DNA of 64,000 nucleotides. It comes from an uncultured bacterium. GTDB lineage: Bacteria > Edwardsbacteria > AC1 > EtOH8. This document shows positions 19,662 through 30,042 of the stretch, in pieces. The position numbers and the translations under genes are program-made. Position 1 is the stretch's first letter. Each line of letters opens with the position of its first letter. The DNA is taken from assembly GCA_963780225.1 (NCBI GenBank), contig CAWAAX010000011.1, positions 87,691 through 151,690 of the forward strand, read 5' to 3'. Under the pieces are notes generated by a model, which was given only the letters and a program-made list of their open reading frames with translations, had not been told where the DNA came from and ran no database searches.

Positions 19662-21224
19662 TTATTTGGCGTATCCCACTCCGCGGGTCTCGCGGATGAC
19701 GGTGACCTTGATCTGCCCCGGGTACTGCAGCGACTGCTCTATCTTGTGGGCGATCTCCCCGGCCATTTCGGTCACCCGGTTGTCGTTGACATCCTCGGGG
19801 ATCACCATGATCCGCACCTCGCGCCCGGCCTGGATGGCGTAGGCCTTGCTGATGCCCTTGAAGGAATAGGCCACTTCCTCCAGTTTCTCCAGCCGCTTGA
19901 CGTAGGCCTCCAGCGATTCCCTTCTGGCCCCGGGCCTGGCGCCGGAGATGGCGTCGGCGGCCGCGATCAGCACCGAGTACAGCGAGGTGGCCTCGATGTC
20001 CTCGTGGTGGGCCCCGATGGCATTGATGACCAGAGCCGATTCACCGTAGCGCTTGGCCAGGTCCATCCCGATCTGGGTGTGGGTGCCCTCGATGTTATGG
20101 TCCACAGATTTGCCGATGTCATGCAGCAGGCCGCAGCGCTTGGCTATGGACTGGTCCAGCTCCAGTTCCCCGGCCATCACGCTGGCCAAAAAGGCCACTT
20201 CCTTGGAATGCTGCAGTACGTTCTGCCCGTAGCTGGTGCGGTATTTCAGGCGACCCAAAAGCACCATCAGCTCGGGGTGCAGGCCGGCCACTCCGACCTC
20301 CAATGCCAGACCCTCACCAGCCTCCCGGATGCTGCGGTCCACTTCCTGTTTGGCCTTCTCGATCACTTCCTCTATCCGGGCCGGCTGGATCCGGCCGTCG
20401 GAGATCAGTTTCTCCATGCCGATCCGGGCTATTTCCCGGCGCACCGGGTCAAAGCCCGAGATCACGATGGCCTCAGGAGTGTCGTCTATCAGCACCTCCA
20501 CCCCGGTGGCGGCCTCAAAGGCTCTGATGTTGCGGCCTTCCCGGCCTATGATCCGGCCCTTCATCTCGTCCGAGGCCAGGGGCACCACGCTGACCGTGGT
20601 CTCGGCGGTGTGCTCGCCGGAGTAACGCTGGATGGCCAGCCCGATTATCTGCTTGGCCTCCTTCTCGGCGTTGTCCCGGGCCTCGTCCCGGATGGTCTTG
20701 ATCAGCTGGGCCGCCTCGTGCCGGGCCTGGGTCTCCAGGTTCTGCATCAGCTGCTTCTTGGCCTCCTCCTGGGTCAGGCCGGCGATCTGCTCCAGCTTGG
20801 CGTTCTGCTCGTCGATCATGGTGGTCAGCCGCTCGTCCTTGGCCCGGATCACCCGCTCCTTGGCCACCAGGTCCCGCTCCCGGATCTCCACTTCCTTTTC
20901 CTTGCGGCTGATGATGTCCACCTTGCGGTCGTTCTGCTTTTCCTTTTCCAGGATCCGGTTCTCGGCTTCCTTCAGCTCGTGGCGCTTGCCCTGGGTCTCT
21001 TTTTCAAAGTTGTTCTTAAGCTTGTACCATTCTTCCTTGGCCGAAACCTGGGCCTCCTTTTTGTAAGTGGCCGCCTCCCGCTGGGCCTCGTTGATCATCT
21101 TCTCGGCCAGCTTCTGGGCGTCACCGATCCTGGCTTCCCCCATTTTCTTGTGCAACAGGTATCCAAAGAAGAACCCCAGCCCCAGACATACCAGCGATAT
21201 CGCTATCCACAGTGCTATCAGCAT
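19662..21224 (-). CDS. rny: Ribonuclease Y
   Basis: N-terminal TM, coiled coil, KH (KGRIIGREGRNIR), HD domain. Confidence 0.97.
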   Translation of the reverse strand: MLIALWIAISLVCLGLGFFFGYLLHKKMGEARIGDAQKLAEKMINEAQREAATYKKEAQVSAKEEWYKLKNNFEKETQGKRHELKEAENRILEKEKQNDRKVDIISRKEKEVEIRERDLVAKERVIRAKDERLTTMIDEQNAKLEQIAGLTQEEAKKQLMQNLETQARHEAAQLIKTIRDEARDNAEKEAKQIIGLAIQRYSGEHTAETTVSVVPLASDEMKGRIIGREGRNIRAFEAATGVEVLIDDTPEAIVISGFDPVRREIARIGMEKLISDGRIQPARIEEVIEKAKQEVDRSIREAGEGLALEVGVAGLHPELMVLLGRLKYRTSYGQNVLQHSKEVAFLASVMAGELELDQSIAKRCGLLHDIGKSVDHNIEGTHTQIGMDLAKRYGESALVINAIGAHHEDIEATSLYSVLIAAADAISGARPGARRESLEAYVKRLEKLEEVAYSFKGISKAYAIQAGREVRIMVIPEDVNDNRVTEMAGEIAHKIEQSLQYPGQIKVTVIRETRGVGYAK

Positions 21225-21457
21225 TTTTCCCTTTCCTTTTCATGTTGCCCGGCCTTGATCTGATCCGGGTCGGTCAATAACTTGGTAATGATTTTGTTTT
21301 GGGTTAAGATTTCGAAGGACACTTTTACCACGGAAACACGGAAGAAAGAAATCTACGAACCTTAATGCCTTAACCTTTGATTTATTTTAGTTCCGTGTTT
21401 TCCAGCGTTCGGTGTTTCTGTGGTAGGTTCCCGCCTTTCAATGGTCCGGAAATAAAA

Positions 21458-21639
21458 ATTCCCCGCCTGTGCCGGTCGAAAGGACATTTTGAACCTATTC
21501 AAAAAATGGTGCCGCCTCAGACGGTTAAGGCTTCCCCCCAGTTAAGGGAGGCATGCACACCGCGCCCGAAGGTTTAGGCCCTAAATGAACAGGTGTTGGC
21601 TCAAAAATAATCCGATCGATACGGACACCGCAGGGAAAT
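21458..21639 (-). ncRNA. ssrS: 6S RNA
   Basis: ~180 nt rod with terminal stem TTCCCTGCGGTG..CACAGGCGGGGAA; canonical zapA-6S-rny synteny. Confidence 0.85.
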
Positions 21640-21737
21640 AAAGAACTAATAATATACCAAAAACCGGGAGGCGTTTCATCCTCCGCTTCGGCTAATATAA
21701 CACCGTGAAGATAAAAATGCAAGAGGGAAGTGAAAAA

Positions 21738-22019
21738 TTATTCCTGTCCGTTTTCCTCTGCCTGCTTCAGGCGTTCCGACAGCTTGTCCATGGCCGATTC
21801 CCGGGCCAGGCGCTCCTTTAAAAGCTCGTCGGCTATGTTGACTGCCGCCAAAATGGCGATCTTGGCCACCGAGCCGGTCATTGAAGCCTCGGCTATCTGC
21901 CGCATCCGTTCGTCCACCAGCCCGGCCACCTGCTTGATGTAGTCGCCGTTGGCGTCGCCCTTGATGCGGTATTCGGTGCCAAAGATCTCCACTTTGATCC
22001 CGTTTTTGGATACGGTCAT
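21738..22019 (-). CDS. zapA: Cell division protein ZapA
   Basis: VEIFGTEYRI, VDERM, AILAAVNIADE. Confidence 0.9.
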   Translation of the reverse strand: MTVSKNGIKVEIFGTEYRIKGDANGDYIKQVAGLVDERMRQIAEASMTGSVAKIAILAAVNIADELLKERLARESAMDKLSERLKQAEENGQE

Positions 22020-22079
22020 GTTACCTTATATTTTGGTTGTTCTTTTCAGACCCTGCGGGTTATGGTCCCCAGTCTAAAA

Positions 22080-22355
22080 CTAGTCCTTGAGTTTTTCCAG
22101 TTTGTTTATGATCTCCGTCAGACGCTTCTTGGCCTCATCCTGGGATTGCTGCAGTTTCTGGTTCTCATCCTCCAGATTGGTCTGCTGCTTTTTTTCGTCC
22201 TCGATGGTTTTCAATCTCTTGGTCAGGTGGTCTATCTTGTCCTTAAGATCCTGGTTGTCCTTTTCCAGTTTCTCCTTCTGGTTCTTTAATTCGGTGATCT
22301 TGTCCACCGCCCGGTTTATCCGTTCCTCCAATATCGCTAAGGGGTCTCCGCTCAT
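22080..22355 (-). CDS. ZapB-like coiled-coil protein
   Basis: LEERINRAV coiled coil between pheT and zapA. Confidence 0.7.
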   Translation of the reverse strand: MSGDPLAILEERINRAVDKITELKNQKEKLEKDNQDLKDKIDHLTKRLKTIEDEKKQQTNLEDENQKLQQSQDEAKKRLTEIINKLEKLKD

Positions 22356-22427
22356 ATTGGTGTCCTCGCTTTTGAATTATATATTAAAAACCTGTTGGGG
22401 TATTTCAGAGTTACGAATCACTGTGAC

Positions 22428-22504
22428 CGGTGGTTGAGTGCCCCGCCTGGCTTCGATAATGCCTTTGGCCACTCAGCCGACGGCGGGGCGTATCGAAACC
22501 ACCG
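22428..22504. repeat. Nested REP-like palindrome
   Basis: GGTGGTTGAGTGCCCCG...CGGGGCGTATCGAAACCACC; same arms inverted at 27612-27739. Confidence 0.7.
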
Positions 22505-22518
22505 TCAGTCCCCGGCTA

Positions 22519-24581
22519 TTACCGGATCCCGGCCCCGAATTTGTCCTTGAGCGCTGTGACTATCTCCTGGTGCACCTGATTGACCTCGGCGTCGGTCAGG
22601 GTCCGCTCGGGATGGCGGTAGACCAGCGAGAAGGCCAGGCTCTTTTGGCCCTTTCCCACCTGGTCCCCGGCATAAAGATCAAACAGTTCGGCTCGCTCTA
22701 ATGTGGCCCCGCCGGTTTTTGTGATGGCGTCCAAAATCTCCCGGCTGGTGACCAGCTGGGGCACCATGATGGCCAGGTCCCGCTTGACCCCCGGGAATTT
22801 GGGGATCTCGGAGAACTGGGAGACGGCCCCTTCCATCAGTTTAAGGATGAGCTCCAGCTCCAGCTCCGAACAGTAGATCTTTTCCTTGATGTCCCATGCC
22901 TTGAGAACGGAAGCGTCCAGCTCTCCGGCCCAACCGATGACCGCCCCGTCCAGCAGCAATTCCAGGGAACGGCCGGGATGCAGGAATGGTTTGGGCGTTT
23001 TGAATTCAGATGAATAGGAGATCCCCTTGATCTTCAGGGCCTCAAACAAGACCTCCAGGGCTCCCTTCAGGTCGAATAGATCAAAGCTTCCCGGCTTCCG
23101 GTCCCAGCTCTGGTTCTCTTTTTCCCCGCAGGCCAGCATCCCCAGCTTAAGCGATTCCGCCGGGGCCGGCTGGCCGGGGGCAAAGACTAGCCCGCACTCA
23201 AACAGCCTTACCCGGTTCAGCCCGTTGTTCAAATTTCTCTGCCCCGCTTCCAAAAGCCCCGGCAGCAGCATCGGCCGCAATACGGAAAGGTCCGAGGAAA
23301 GGGGGTTGTCCAGTTCCACCATGTTGGCGCCCTGGGCCGATCCCAGCTTGGCGTAATGTGACGGGTCCATCAGGGGCAGGCCGTAGTGCTGGCAAAACCC
23401 CTGGGAGACCAGGGCGGTCACAATATTTTCCACGGCCGTTTCCCTGGGCCTTTGCACTCCCGGCACCGGCCAGGGGGTTATCCCCTCGGATGGCAGGTTA
23501 TCGTAGCCGTATATCCGGCCGATTTCCTCGATCAGGTCCGCTTCCCGGGTTAGGTCGGCCCTAAAGCTGGGAACCTGCACTTTTATTACGTTTCCGGAGA
23601 TGTTTGACTTAAGCTCCAGCGCATTAAGGATCTCCGCCATTTTTTCAGGCTTGATATCCGCCCCCAAAAGGCTGCAGGCCTTCTCCGGCCTAAGTTTCAG
23701 CTCCCAGTCCGCCGGGAACTTTTTGGCCGAAACATCTATGATCCCTTTGGCGATCTGCCCCCCGGCAATCTCAGCCATCAGCCGGGCCGCCCGGTTAACC
23801 GCCTGTTCCAGGATGTTGGGATCGGCCCCCCGCTCAAAGCGGTAGGAGGCGTCGCTTTTCAAACCAAGGGTTTTGCTGCCCCGGCGGATCAGCGTCGGAT
23901 CAAAGTAGGCGCTCTCCAGCAAAACATTTTTGGTGGTTGAAGAGATCTCGATTCCAGGCCGCCCATGATGCCGGCAATGGCCGCGGGACGATTGGAGTCG
24001 GCGATGACTAGGTATTCGGGAGTAAGCTTGCGCTCCGCGCCGTCCAGGGTGACCATGGTTTCGCCAGCTTTGGCCCGGCGCACAATGATCTTGTGTCCGG
24101 ACAGCTTGTCCAGGTCAAAGGCGTGCAGGGGATGGCCGAACTCGTAGAGCGCCAGGTTGGTGATGTCGGCCACGTTGTTGATGGGCCGCAGGCCTATGCT
24201 CTCCAGTTTTTTCTTCAGCCATTCCGGCGATTCCGCCACCTTGACCCCGGTTATCACCCGGGCCAGATAGCGGGGACAGCCCTGTTTGTCCTCGACCTCT
24301 ATTTTGGCCAAAGAGTTGACATCCTGCGGTCCTTCGCTTACCTGACATCCGGGGACGTTTATCTGTCCGCCATTAAGAGCCCGGATCTCCCTGGCCAGAC
24401 CCAGGAACGAAAGGCAGTCGGGCCGGTTGGGGGTGATCTCCAGGTCCAGCTGGAAGTCCCCGGAGGGAAGCTCCTCGATCCCTTCGATCTCGACCCCGGC
24501 AAAGGTCAGCTTGCCGGCCAGTTCCTTGACGGACCAGTTGAAGTCTATGAATTCTTTAAGCCAGTTGTAGGAGATCTTCAT
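22519..24581 (-). CDS. pheT: Phenylalanyl-tRNA synthetase beta subunit (split by 1-nt deletion at about 23949)
   Basis: MKISYNWL, ITPNRPD, LESAYF, RFERG, RDLA; adding one G joins ORFs 23889-24581 and 22519-23922. Confidence 0.93.
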
Positions 24582-24596
24582 GGTGTTCTGTAAATG

Positions 24597-25704
24597 CTAT
24601 GCTATGGGAATTCCCGCTGGCTGGGCCCCGGCCAGGCTGACGCTCTCGTTGAATTCTCTGATTATGGCCTGGATGGTCTCTTTTACCGAGATGATGCAGT
24701 TGTTCCTGAAGGCATTGGCCCCGGCAAAGGCAAAGCCGTCCTTCATCAGCCCCTGCTGGGCGTTGATCAGGGCCAGGGCAATGCAGTAGGGCGTGTTCTT
24801 GAAGTCGCAGGTGATGATGCAGTGGTGCGGGCATTTGAAGGGTTTCTTCTCGCCCCCGGCTGACATCGTCCAGGAACTGGTTGCGGATGGCCCGGCCCGG
24901 CATCCCCACCGGGCTCTTGATTATCACCACGTCCTCCTTTTTGGAATCCAGGTAGGCCTGCTTGAATACTTCGGAGGCGTCGCATTCGTTGGTGGTCACG
25001 AACCGGGTGCCCATCTGCACGGCGTCGGCTCCCAGGTCAAAGGCCTCCCGGATGTCCTGCCCGGTATAGATGCCGCCCCCGGCGATCACCGGGATGGCTT
25101 TTTTATGTTTTTCCACGAAGGGTTTTAAGGCTGCTACCACTTCGGGGATCAGGTTCTTCAATGAATATTTCGGGTCGTCCAGATGCTCGGGCTTAAAGCC
25201 CAGGTGGCCCCCGGCCAGCGGACCTTCCACCACCACCGCATCCGGCAGGTAGTTGTACTTGTCAAACCATTTTTTGGCGATGATGGCCGCCGCCCGTCCC
25301 GAGGAAACGATGGGCACCAGCTTGGTCTTGGAATCAGGAGTCAGAAATTTCGGCAGGTCAAAGGGCAGGCCGGCCCCGGAGAAGATTATGTCTATCTCTT
25401 CCTCTACCGAAGCCTTGGCCAGGTCGGCGTAATTGGAAAGGGCCACCATGATATTGACCCCCAGCACGCCCTGGGTCAGGCCCCTGGCCTTGCGGATCTC
25501 TTTTCTTAAGGCCCTTAGGTTGGCCTCCAGGTAATTGGTGGCAAAATCGGGTTCGTTCATCCCGATGCCGGCCGTGGCTATGGTTCCCACCCCGCCTTCG
25601 TTGGCCACCGCCGAGGCCAGCCCGGCCAGGGAGATCCCCACTCCCATCCCCCCCTGGACCAGGGGCAGTTTAACCTTCAGGTCCCCTATATGTATTGGTT
25701 TCAT
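24597..25704 (-). CDS. Nitronate monooxygenase family flavoprotein (frameshift at about 24855)
   Basis: QGGMGVGIS, EGPLAGGHLG, VQMGTRF; C-terminal Cys cluster (CPHHCIITC..YCIALAL) in shifted frame. Confidence 0.88.
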
Positions 25705-25744
25705 TTTACCCTCTTTGCTCCGGCACCTTAAGCCGGGGTTATTA

Positions 25745-26767
25745 TTAGAATTGTTCCAGGAACCTGATATCGCCCGAATAAAAATGGCGGATGTCGTTGA
25801 TGCCGTACTTCAGCATGGCCACCCTTTCCACTCCCAGGCCCCAGGCAAATCCTGAATATATTTCCGGGTCATAGCCCACGTTGTTAAAGACATTGGGGTC
25901 CACCATCCCGGCCCCGGAGATCTCCAGCCAGCCCGACTGCTTGCAGACCCTGCAGCCCTTGCCCTGGCAGAACACGCAGGAAAAATCGTATTCCACGCTG
26001 GGTTCGGTGAAGGGGAAGAAGTGCGGCCGGAACCGGATCTTGACCTTGTCGCCCAGCAGCCGCTTGGCGAAATAGCTGATGGTGGCCTTGAGGTCGGCCA
26101 TCGAGACGCCGCGGTCGACGTACAAGCCCTCCACATGATGGAACTCCGGCAGGTGGGAGGCATCAATGGCGTCGCGGCGGTAGCAGCGGCCCGGGGCGAT
26201 GATCCGGACCGGGGGCTTCTGCGACATCATGGTCCTGATTTGCACCGGGGAAGTGTGGGTCCGCAGCAGCAACGGGCTGTTTTTAAGATAAAAGGTGTCC
26301 TGCACGTTGCGGGCCGGATGGTCGGGCGGCGTGTTCAGCGCGTCGAAGTTGTTAAACTCGGTCTCCACATCCGGGCCCTCGGCCACGGTGAACCCCAGTC
26401 CGTGAAATATCCCCGTCATTTCAGCAATGATCTGGTGCAGGGGATGCTTGTGCCCCAGTAGCGGCCGGCGGCCGGGCAGGCTTATATCCAGGATCTCCTT
26501 CTGCCGGTCAGCGCTTTGGGACCGGATTTCCAGGCTCTGCTTCCTCTGGTCCAGCAGCTCTGCCAGCTCAACCTTAAGCCGGTTGACCGAAGCCCCGAAA
26601 GCCGGGCGCTGGGCCGGTTCCACCGAGGACACCGATTTCAGCAGCTCGGTCACCTGTCCCTTGCGGCCCAGATAGAGGACCCTCAGCTCCTCCAGTTTTT
26701 CCAGGCCGGAGCATTCGGATATCTGCTTCTTGGCTTCTTCGCCTATTTTGTTCAGCTTGTCTATCAT
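25745..26767 (-). CDS. pheS: Phenylalanyl-tRNA synthetase alpha subunit
   Basis: HPARNVQDTF, LRTHTS, FPFTEPS, GLGVER. Confidence 0.97.
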   Translation of the reverse strand: MIDKLNKIGEEAKKQISECSGLEKLEELRVLYLGRKGQVTELLKSVSSVEPAQRPAFGASVNRLKVELAELLDQRKQSLEIRSQSADRQKEILDISLPGRRPLLGHKHPLHQIIAEMTGIFHGLGFTVAEGPDVETEFNNFDALNTPPDHPARNVQDTFYLKNSPLLLRTHTSPVQIRTMMSQKPPVRIIAPGRCYRRDAIDASHLPEFHHVEGLYVDRGVSMADLKATISYFAKRLLGDKVKIRFRPHFFPFTEPSVEYDFSCVFCQGKGCRVCKQSGWLEISGAGMVDPNVFNNVGYDPEIYSGFAWGLGVERVAMLKYGINDIRHFYSGDIRFLEQF

Positions 26768-26830
26768 CTAAACGGTTTCAAACATTTCCACCTTTTCGAA
26801 CATTTCAAACAAACCGCCTTGTTAGGCAGT

Positions 26831-27178
26831 TTACTTCTTGGCCGCTTCCACCACCTTGGTAAAGGCCAGCGGGTCGGTGATGGCGATCTCGGCCAGCACC
26901 TTACGGTTCAGGGCGATGTTGTTCTTCTTAAGGCCGCTGATGAAGGCGTTGTAGCTGATCCCGTTCAGGCGGCAGGCCGCGTTGACCCTGATGATCCACA
27001 GGCTGCGGAAATCGCGCTTCTTGTTGTGACGGTCGCGGTAGGCAAACTGCCCGGCCCGCATCACGGCTTCCTTGGCTATGCGGTATAGGCGGTGTCTGCC
27101 TCCCCAAAAGCCTTTGGCTTTCTTGAATATCTTGTTCTTTTTCTGCCGGGTGGCGGCTGCGGTGGTAACTCTGGACAT
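26831..27178 (-). CDS. rplT: 50S ribosomal protein L20
   Basis: AKGFWG, AYRDR, FRSLWIIRVNAA, LNRKVLA. Confidence 0.97.
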   Translation of the reverse strand: MSRVTTAAATRQKKNKIFKKAKGFWGGRHRLYRIAKEAVMRAGQFAYRDRHNKKRDFRSLWIIRVNAACRLNGISYNAFISGLKKNNIALNRKVLAEIAITDPLAFTKVVEAAKK

Positions 27179-27330
27179 GGTCTCTTACCTATCCTTTCTG
27201 ATGATCTCTATGATCTGTGATTTGTTTGCAGTTACGTTATTTTCCCACTAAATGCACGAAACATTTTCTTTCTGGAGAAAATAAATTTATTTCGCGGTTT
27301 TTAGTGTGTTTCGTGGGAATGGTGCTCCGC

Positions 27331-27528
27331 TTAGCCGTTGGGCAGCAGCCGGTTGATCCTCTTGGAATTGGCGCTGTCCACCAGGCCTCCCTGGCGCAGG
27401 TTGCGCTTGCGTTTGCGGGTCTTGGTGGTCAGCTTGTGGCTCTTGCAGGCCTTGTTGCGCTTGATCTTGCCCTTGCTGGTGATCCTCAATCTTTTGGCCG
27501 CCGCCCGGCTGGTCTTTACCTTTGGCAT
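27331..27528 (-). CDS. rpmI: 50S ribosomal protein L35
   Basis: [13 protein letters not shown]; position between infC and rplT. Confidence 0.95.
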   Translation of the reverse strand: MPKVKTSRAAAKRLRITSKGKIKRNKACKSHKLTTKTRKRKRNLRQGGLVDSANSKRINRLLPNG

Positions 27529-27611
27529 GGCTTCTCCTTTGGTTGTTTATATTATTTTGATTTATATATTCATGGAACAAGAATATCCCGGCCGGACATC
27601 AGTTGCATCCG

Positions 27612-27739
27612 GTGGTTTCGATACGCCCCGCTTGGTTTCGATGCTTCGACACACTCAGCACAAGTACGGCCGGACATTGAGTAGTGTGAACGTATCGAAA
27701 TGCCGGCCACTCAGCCAACAGCGGGGCACTCAACCACCG
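27612..27739. repeat. Nested REP-like palindrome cluster
   Basis: GTGGTTTCGATACGCCCCG..CGGGGCACTCAACCAC arms enclosing further TTCG/CTCA hairpins. Confidence 0.7.
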
Positions 27740-27759
27740 GCGACCCGGACAGTGGCAGG

Positions 27760-28275
27760 TCAGGCAGTGTTCTTGGGCGAAAGCAGCGACACCATGGTGT
27801 TGCCCTCCAGCTTGGGCTGCTGCTCGATCACGGCCACGTCTGCGATCTCCACCATGAAGCGGTCTATCACCCGACGGCCTATGTCGATGTGGGCCATCTC
27901 CCGGCCCCTAAAGCGCATCGAGACCCTGACCTTGTCCTTGTGGGCCAGGAAATCCCTGGCCTGGTTGAATTTTACCAGGTAATCGTGTTCGCCGATCTTG
28001 GGCCCCAGCCGGATCTCCTTGACCTTGACCTCGTGCTGCTTCTTCCGGGCCTCCTTCTTGTTCTTCTCCTCGTGATAAAGGAATTTCCCGAAATCTATTA
28101 TCTTGCAGACCGGGGGTTTGGCCTCGGGCACTATCTCCACCAGGTCCAGCCCCTTGTCTTCGGCCTGGCGCAGGGCCTCGGCGATAGGCAGCACGCCTAT
28201 CTGCTGACCATCGGGCCCCACCACCCTGACCTCCGGGACCCGAATCTTGTTATTTACCCGATAATCCTTGCTGAT
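27760..28275 (-). CDS. infC: Translation initiation factor IF-3 with ATC start
   Basis: GGAGG RBS followed by ATC AGC AAG GAT TAT CGG (ISKDYRVNNKIRVPEVRVVG); PPVCKI, FRGRE. Confidence 0.95.
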   Translation of the reverse strand: MSKDYRVNNKIRVPEVRVVGPDGQQIGVLPIAEALRQAEDKGLDLVEIVPEAKPPVCKIIDFGKFLYHEEKNKKEARKKQHEVKVKEIRLGPKIGEHDYLVKFNQARDFLAHKDKVRVSMRFRGREMAHIDIGRRVIDRFMVEIADVAVIEQQPKLEGNTMVSLLSPKNTA

Positions 28276-28424
28276 AGGTGATCCCTCCGTTAAAAGTTTG
28301 TATTGATTACTGGGGACTCATTGCCACCAAGACACTAAGACACTAAACTAAACCACGCCAAGCCCAATTATATAAAATGAAAAATTTGTGCCTTTGTGTC
28401 TTTGTGGCAGTCCTGGCGGTAAAA

Positions 28425-28587
28425 AGAAAAAAGCCGATGGCAAAAAACAATGCCACCCGCTTTACTTTGAGGGCCTATAAATGGAATCCCTCTGCATTTG
28501 TACCAGAGCTGACAGCATTGTAGTGCGCCGCCCGGTGAGAAGCGAGCCAAAGAATGAACTTTGGTGCGTGTGGCTTCTGCTTTTTAT
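28425..28587 (-). promoter_or_regulatory. L20 leader-like RNA with attenuator
   Basis: GCAGAAGC...CGCTTCTCACC motif then terminator AAAGCGGGTGGCA..TGCCATCGGCTTTTTT upstream of infC-rpmI-rplT. Confidence 0.7.
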
Positions 28588-28704
28588 TCTGATTATTTTG
28601 CTAAAGAATAGCAAGATGCTTTTGATGCTATGATAACCTGTTATCAAGCAACAACATTATAGCAAAATAGCCGGGGAAATGCAAGGGGTAATATAAATAA
28701 ACTC

Positions 28705-28733
28705 TTGACATTTGAGGCTTGGTGTTGTATGAT
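28705..28733 (+). promoter_or_regulatory. Sigma70 promoter
   Basis: TTGACA-17-TATGAT upstream of the XRE gene. Confidence 0.65.
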
Positions 28734-28756
28734 TCATACAACAGGAGGTAATTGCA

Positions 28757-29134
28757 ATGTATAAAAAGCTATTCGGCGAGTTTATCAAGCAAAAAAGACT
28801 TGATAAAAACATCACTTTAAGGCAGTTTTGCCTGGACAACTCAATAGATCCCGGCAATTACAGTAAAATGGAGCGCGGTCTGCTGGCGCCGCCTTCCGAT
28901 AAGGTTCATTTGGAAAAATACGCAGCCGCCTTGGGATTGAAAAGCGGTTCTGAGGATTGGATAGAGTTGTTTGACCGCGCTTCTGCCTGCCGGGGTGAGA
29001 TCCCGGAAGAAATTTTAAAGGATGCCGATCTGGTAAACAAATTGCCCCTTTTCTTCAGGACCCTGCGCGGCGAAAAAGTGCCCAAGGAAAAACTTAGGGA
29101 ACTGGCTGAAATAATAAGAAAAGGCGGCCAATAA
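28757..29134 (+). CDS. XRE-family HTH regulator
   Basis: FGEFIKQKR..TLRQF..YSKMERG.L.PP. Confidence 0.85.
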   Translation: MYKKLFGEFIKQKRLDKNITLRQFCLDNSIDPGNYSKMERGLLAPPSDKVHLEKYAAALGLKSGSEDWIELFDRASACRGEIPEEILKDADLVNKLPLFFRTLRGEKVPKEKLRELAEIIRKGGQ

Positions 29135-29135
29135 T

Positions 29136-29771
29136 ATGAAGCTGCCGGTTAAATGGTTGAGTAAAAACGACCTGAAAAAGGCAGCCGAGGAGTTCAGCGC
29201 AAAATACAACCCAGAAAAAGCGATTCCGGTGCCGGTTGATTACATAATTGAGAGCAGGCTGAACATTGACATTGTCCCCATGGCCGGGCTTAAAGAAGAA
29301 TTGGACAATGACGGCTTTATCTCCCGCGACTTTACCACCATACATATTGACCAAAACATATATTTCAACGTAGAGGTCCGTTATCGCTTTTCTTTGGCAC
29401 ATGAAATAGGACATTTTTTACTGCACAAAGATATCTATAGAGACCTTCATTGCGAAACGGTGGAAGACTGGGCCGATATTTATGACGCCATCGATTCGGA
29501 AGACTACGGAAAACTTGAATTCCAGGCCAACCATTTTGCAGGTTGCTTATTGATTCCCGACTATGCCCTTAACCCTTTGTACCGGGAAGTTCTGAAAGAT
29601 ATCTTGCCGCAGATAAAAGCCGCCCAAGAAAAAGACATACCGCGTGAAACCTATTTGGATTCAGTTATTGGCAGCATTGCCCGCAAACTGGCTCCGCAGT
29701 TCAATGTTTCATCGACTTGCATGGAAAACAGAATCCGGAACGATGATCTTTATAGTACAATGATTCCTTAA
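29136..29771 (+). CDS. ImmA/IrrE family metallopeptidase
   Basis: RYRFSLAHEIGH, LEFQANHFAGCLLIP, FNVS. Confidence 0.9.
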   Translation: MKLPVKWLSKNDLKKAAEEFSAKYNPEKAIPVPVDYIIESRLNIDIVPMAGLKEELDNDGFISRDFTTIHIDQNIYFNVEVRYRFSLAHEIGHFLLHKDIYRDLHCETVEDWADIYDAIDSEDYGKLEFQANHFAGCLLIPDYALNPLYREVLKDILPQIKAAQEKDIPRETYLDSVIGSIARKLAPQFNVSSTCMENRIRNDDLYSTMIP

Positions 29772-29788
29772 ACAATGGTCCAGCTAAA

Positions 29789-29825
29789 TAAAAAAGGCCG
29801 CGGCGTCACGCCCCGGCCTTTTTTA
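29789..29825 (+). terminator. Intrinsic terminator
   Basis: AAAAAGGCCG..CGGCCTTTTTT. Confidence 0.75.
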
Positions 29826-30042
29826 TTTTCGTATTTAACAAAAATTTTAACAACAAATTTACGCACGTTTGGTGCGAGTTGCCTTAAGTTGTTGTCATAT
29901 ATAATATTGCGTGCTTAGATTTGTGTACTTTAGAAAATTGGTGTGATTTGTTATTTTTATTGATTTTTGATTAATTGTATGCTATAATATAGATGTATAA
30001 AACATATAATAAAAGTATAACTTATAAACAAACGAGGAAATT

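Noticed and set aside
19293..21263. 656-aa plus-strand ORF
   Set aside because: Antisense shadow of rny/ymdB in GC-rich DNA; the same applies to ORFs such as 6394-7476, 33975-35096 and 55733-56674.
23889..23960. Programmed frameshift or naturally split pheT
   Set aside because: No slippery heptamer seen; one missing G restores the frame, and similar indels are widespread.
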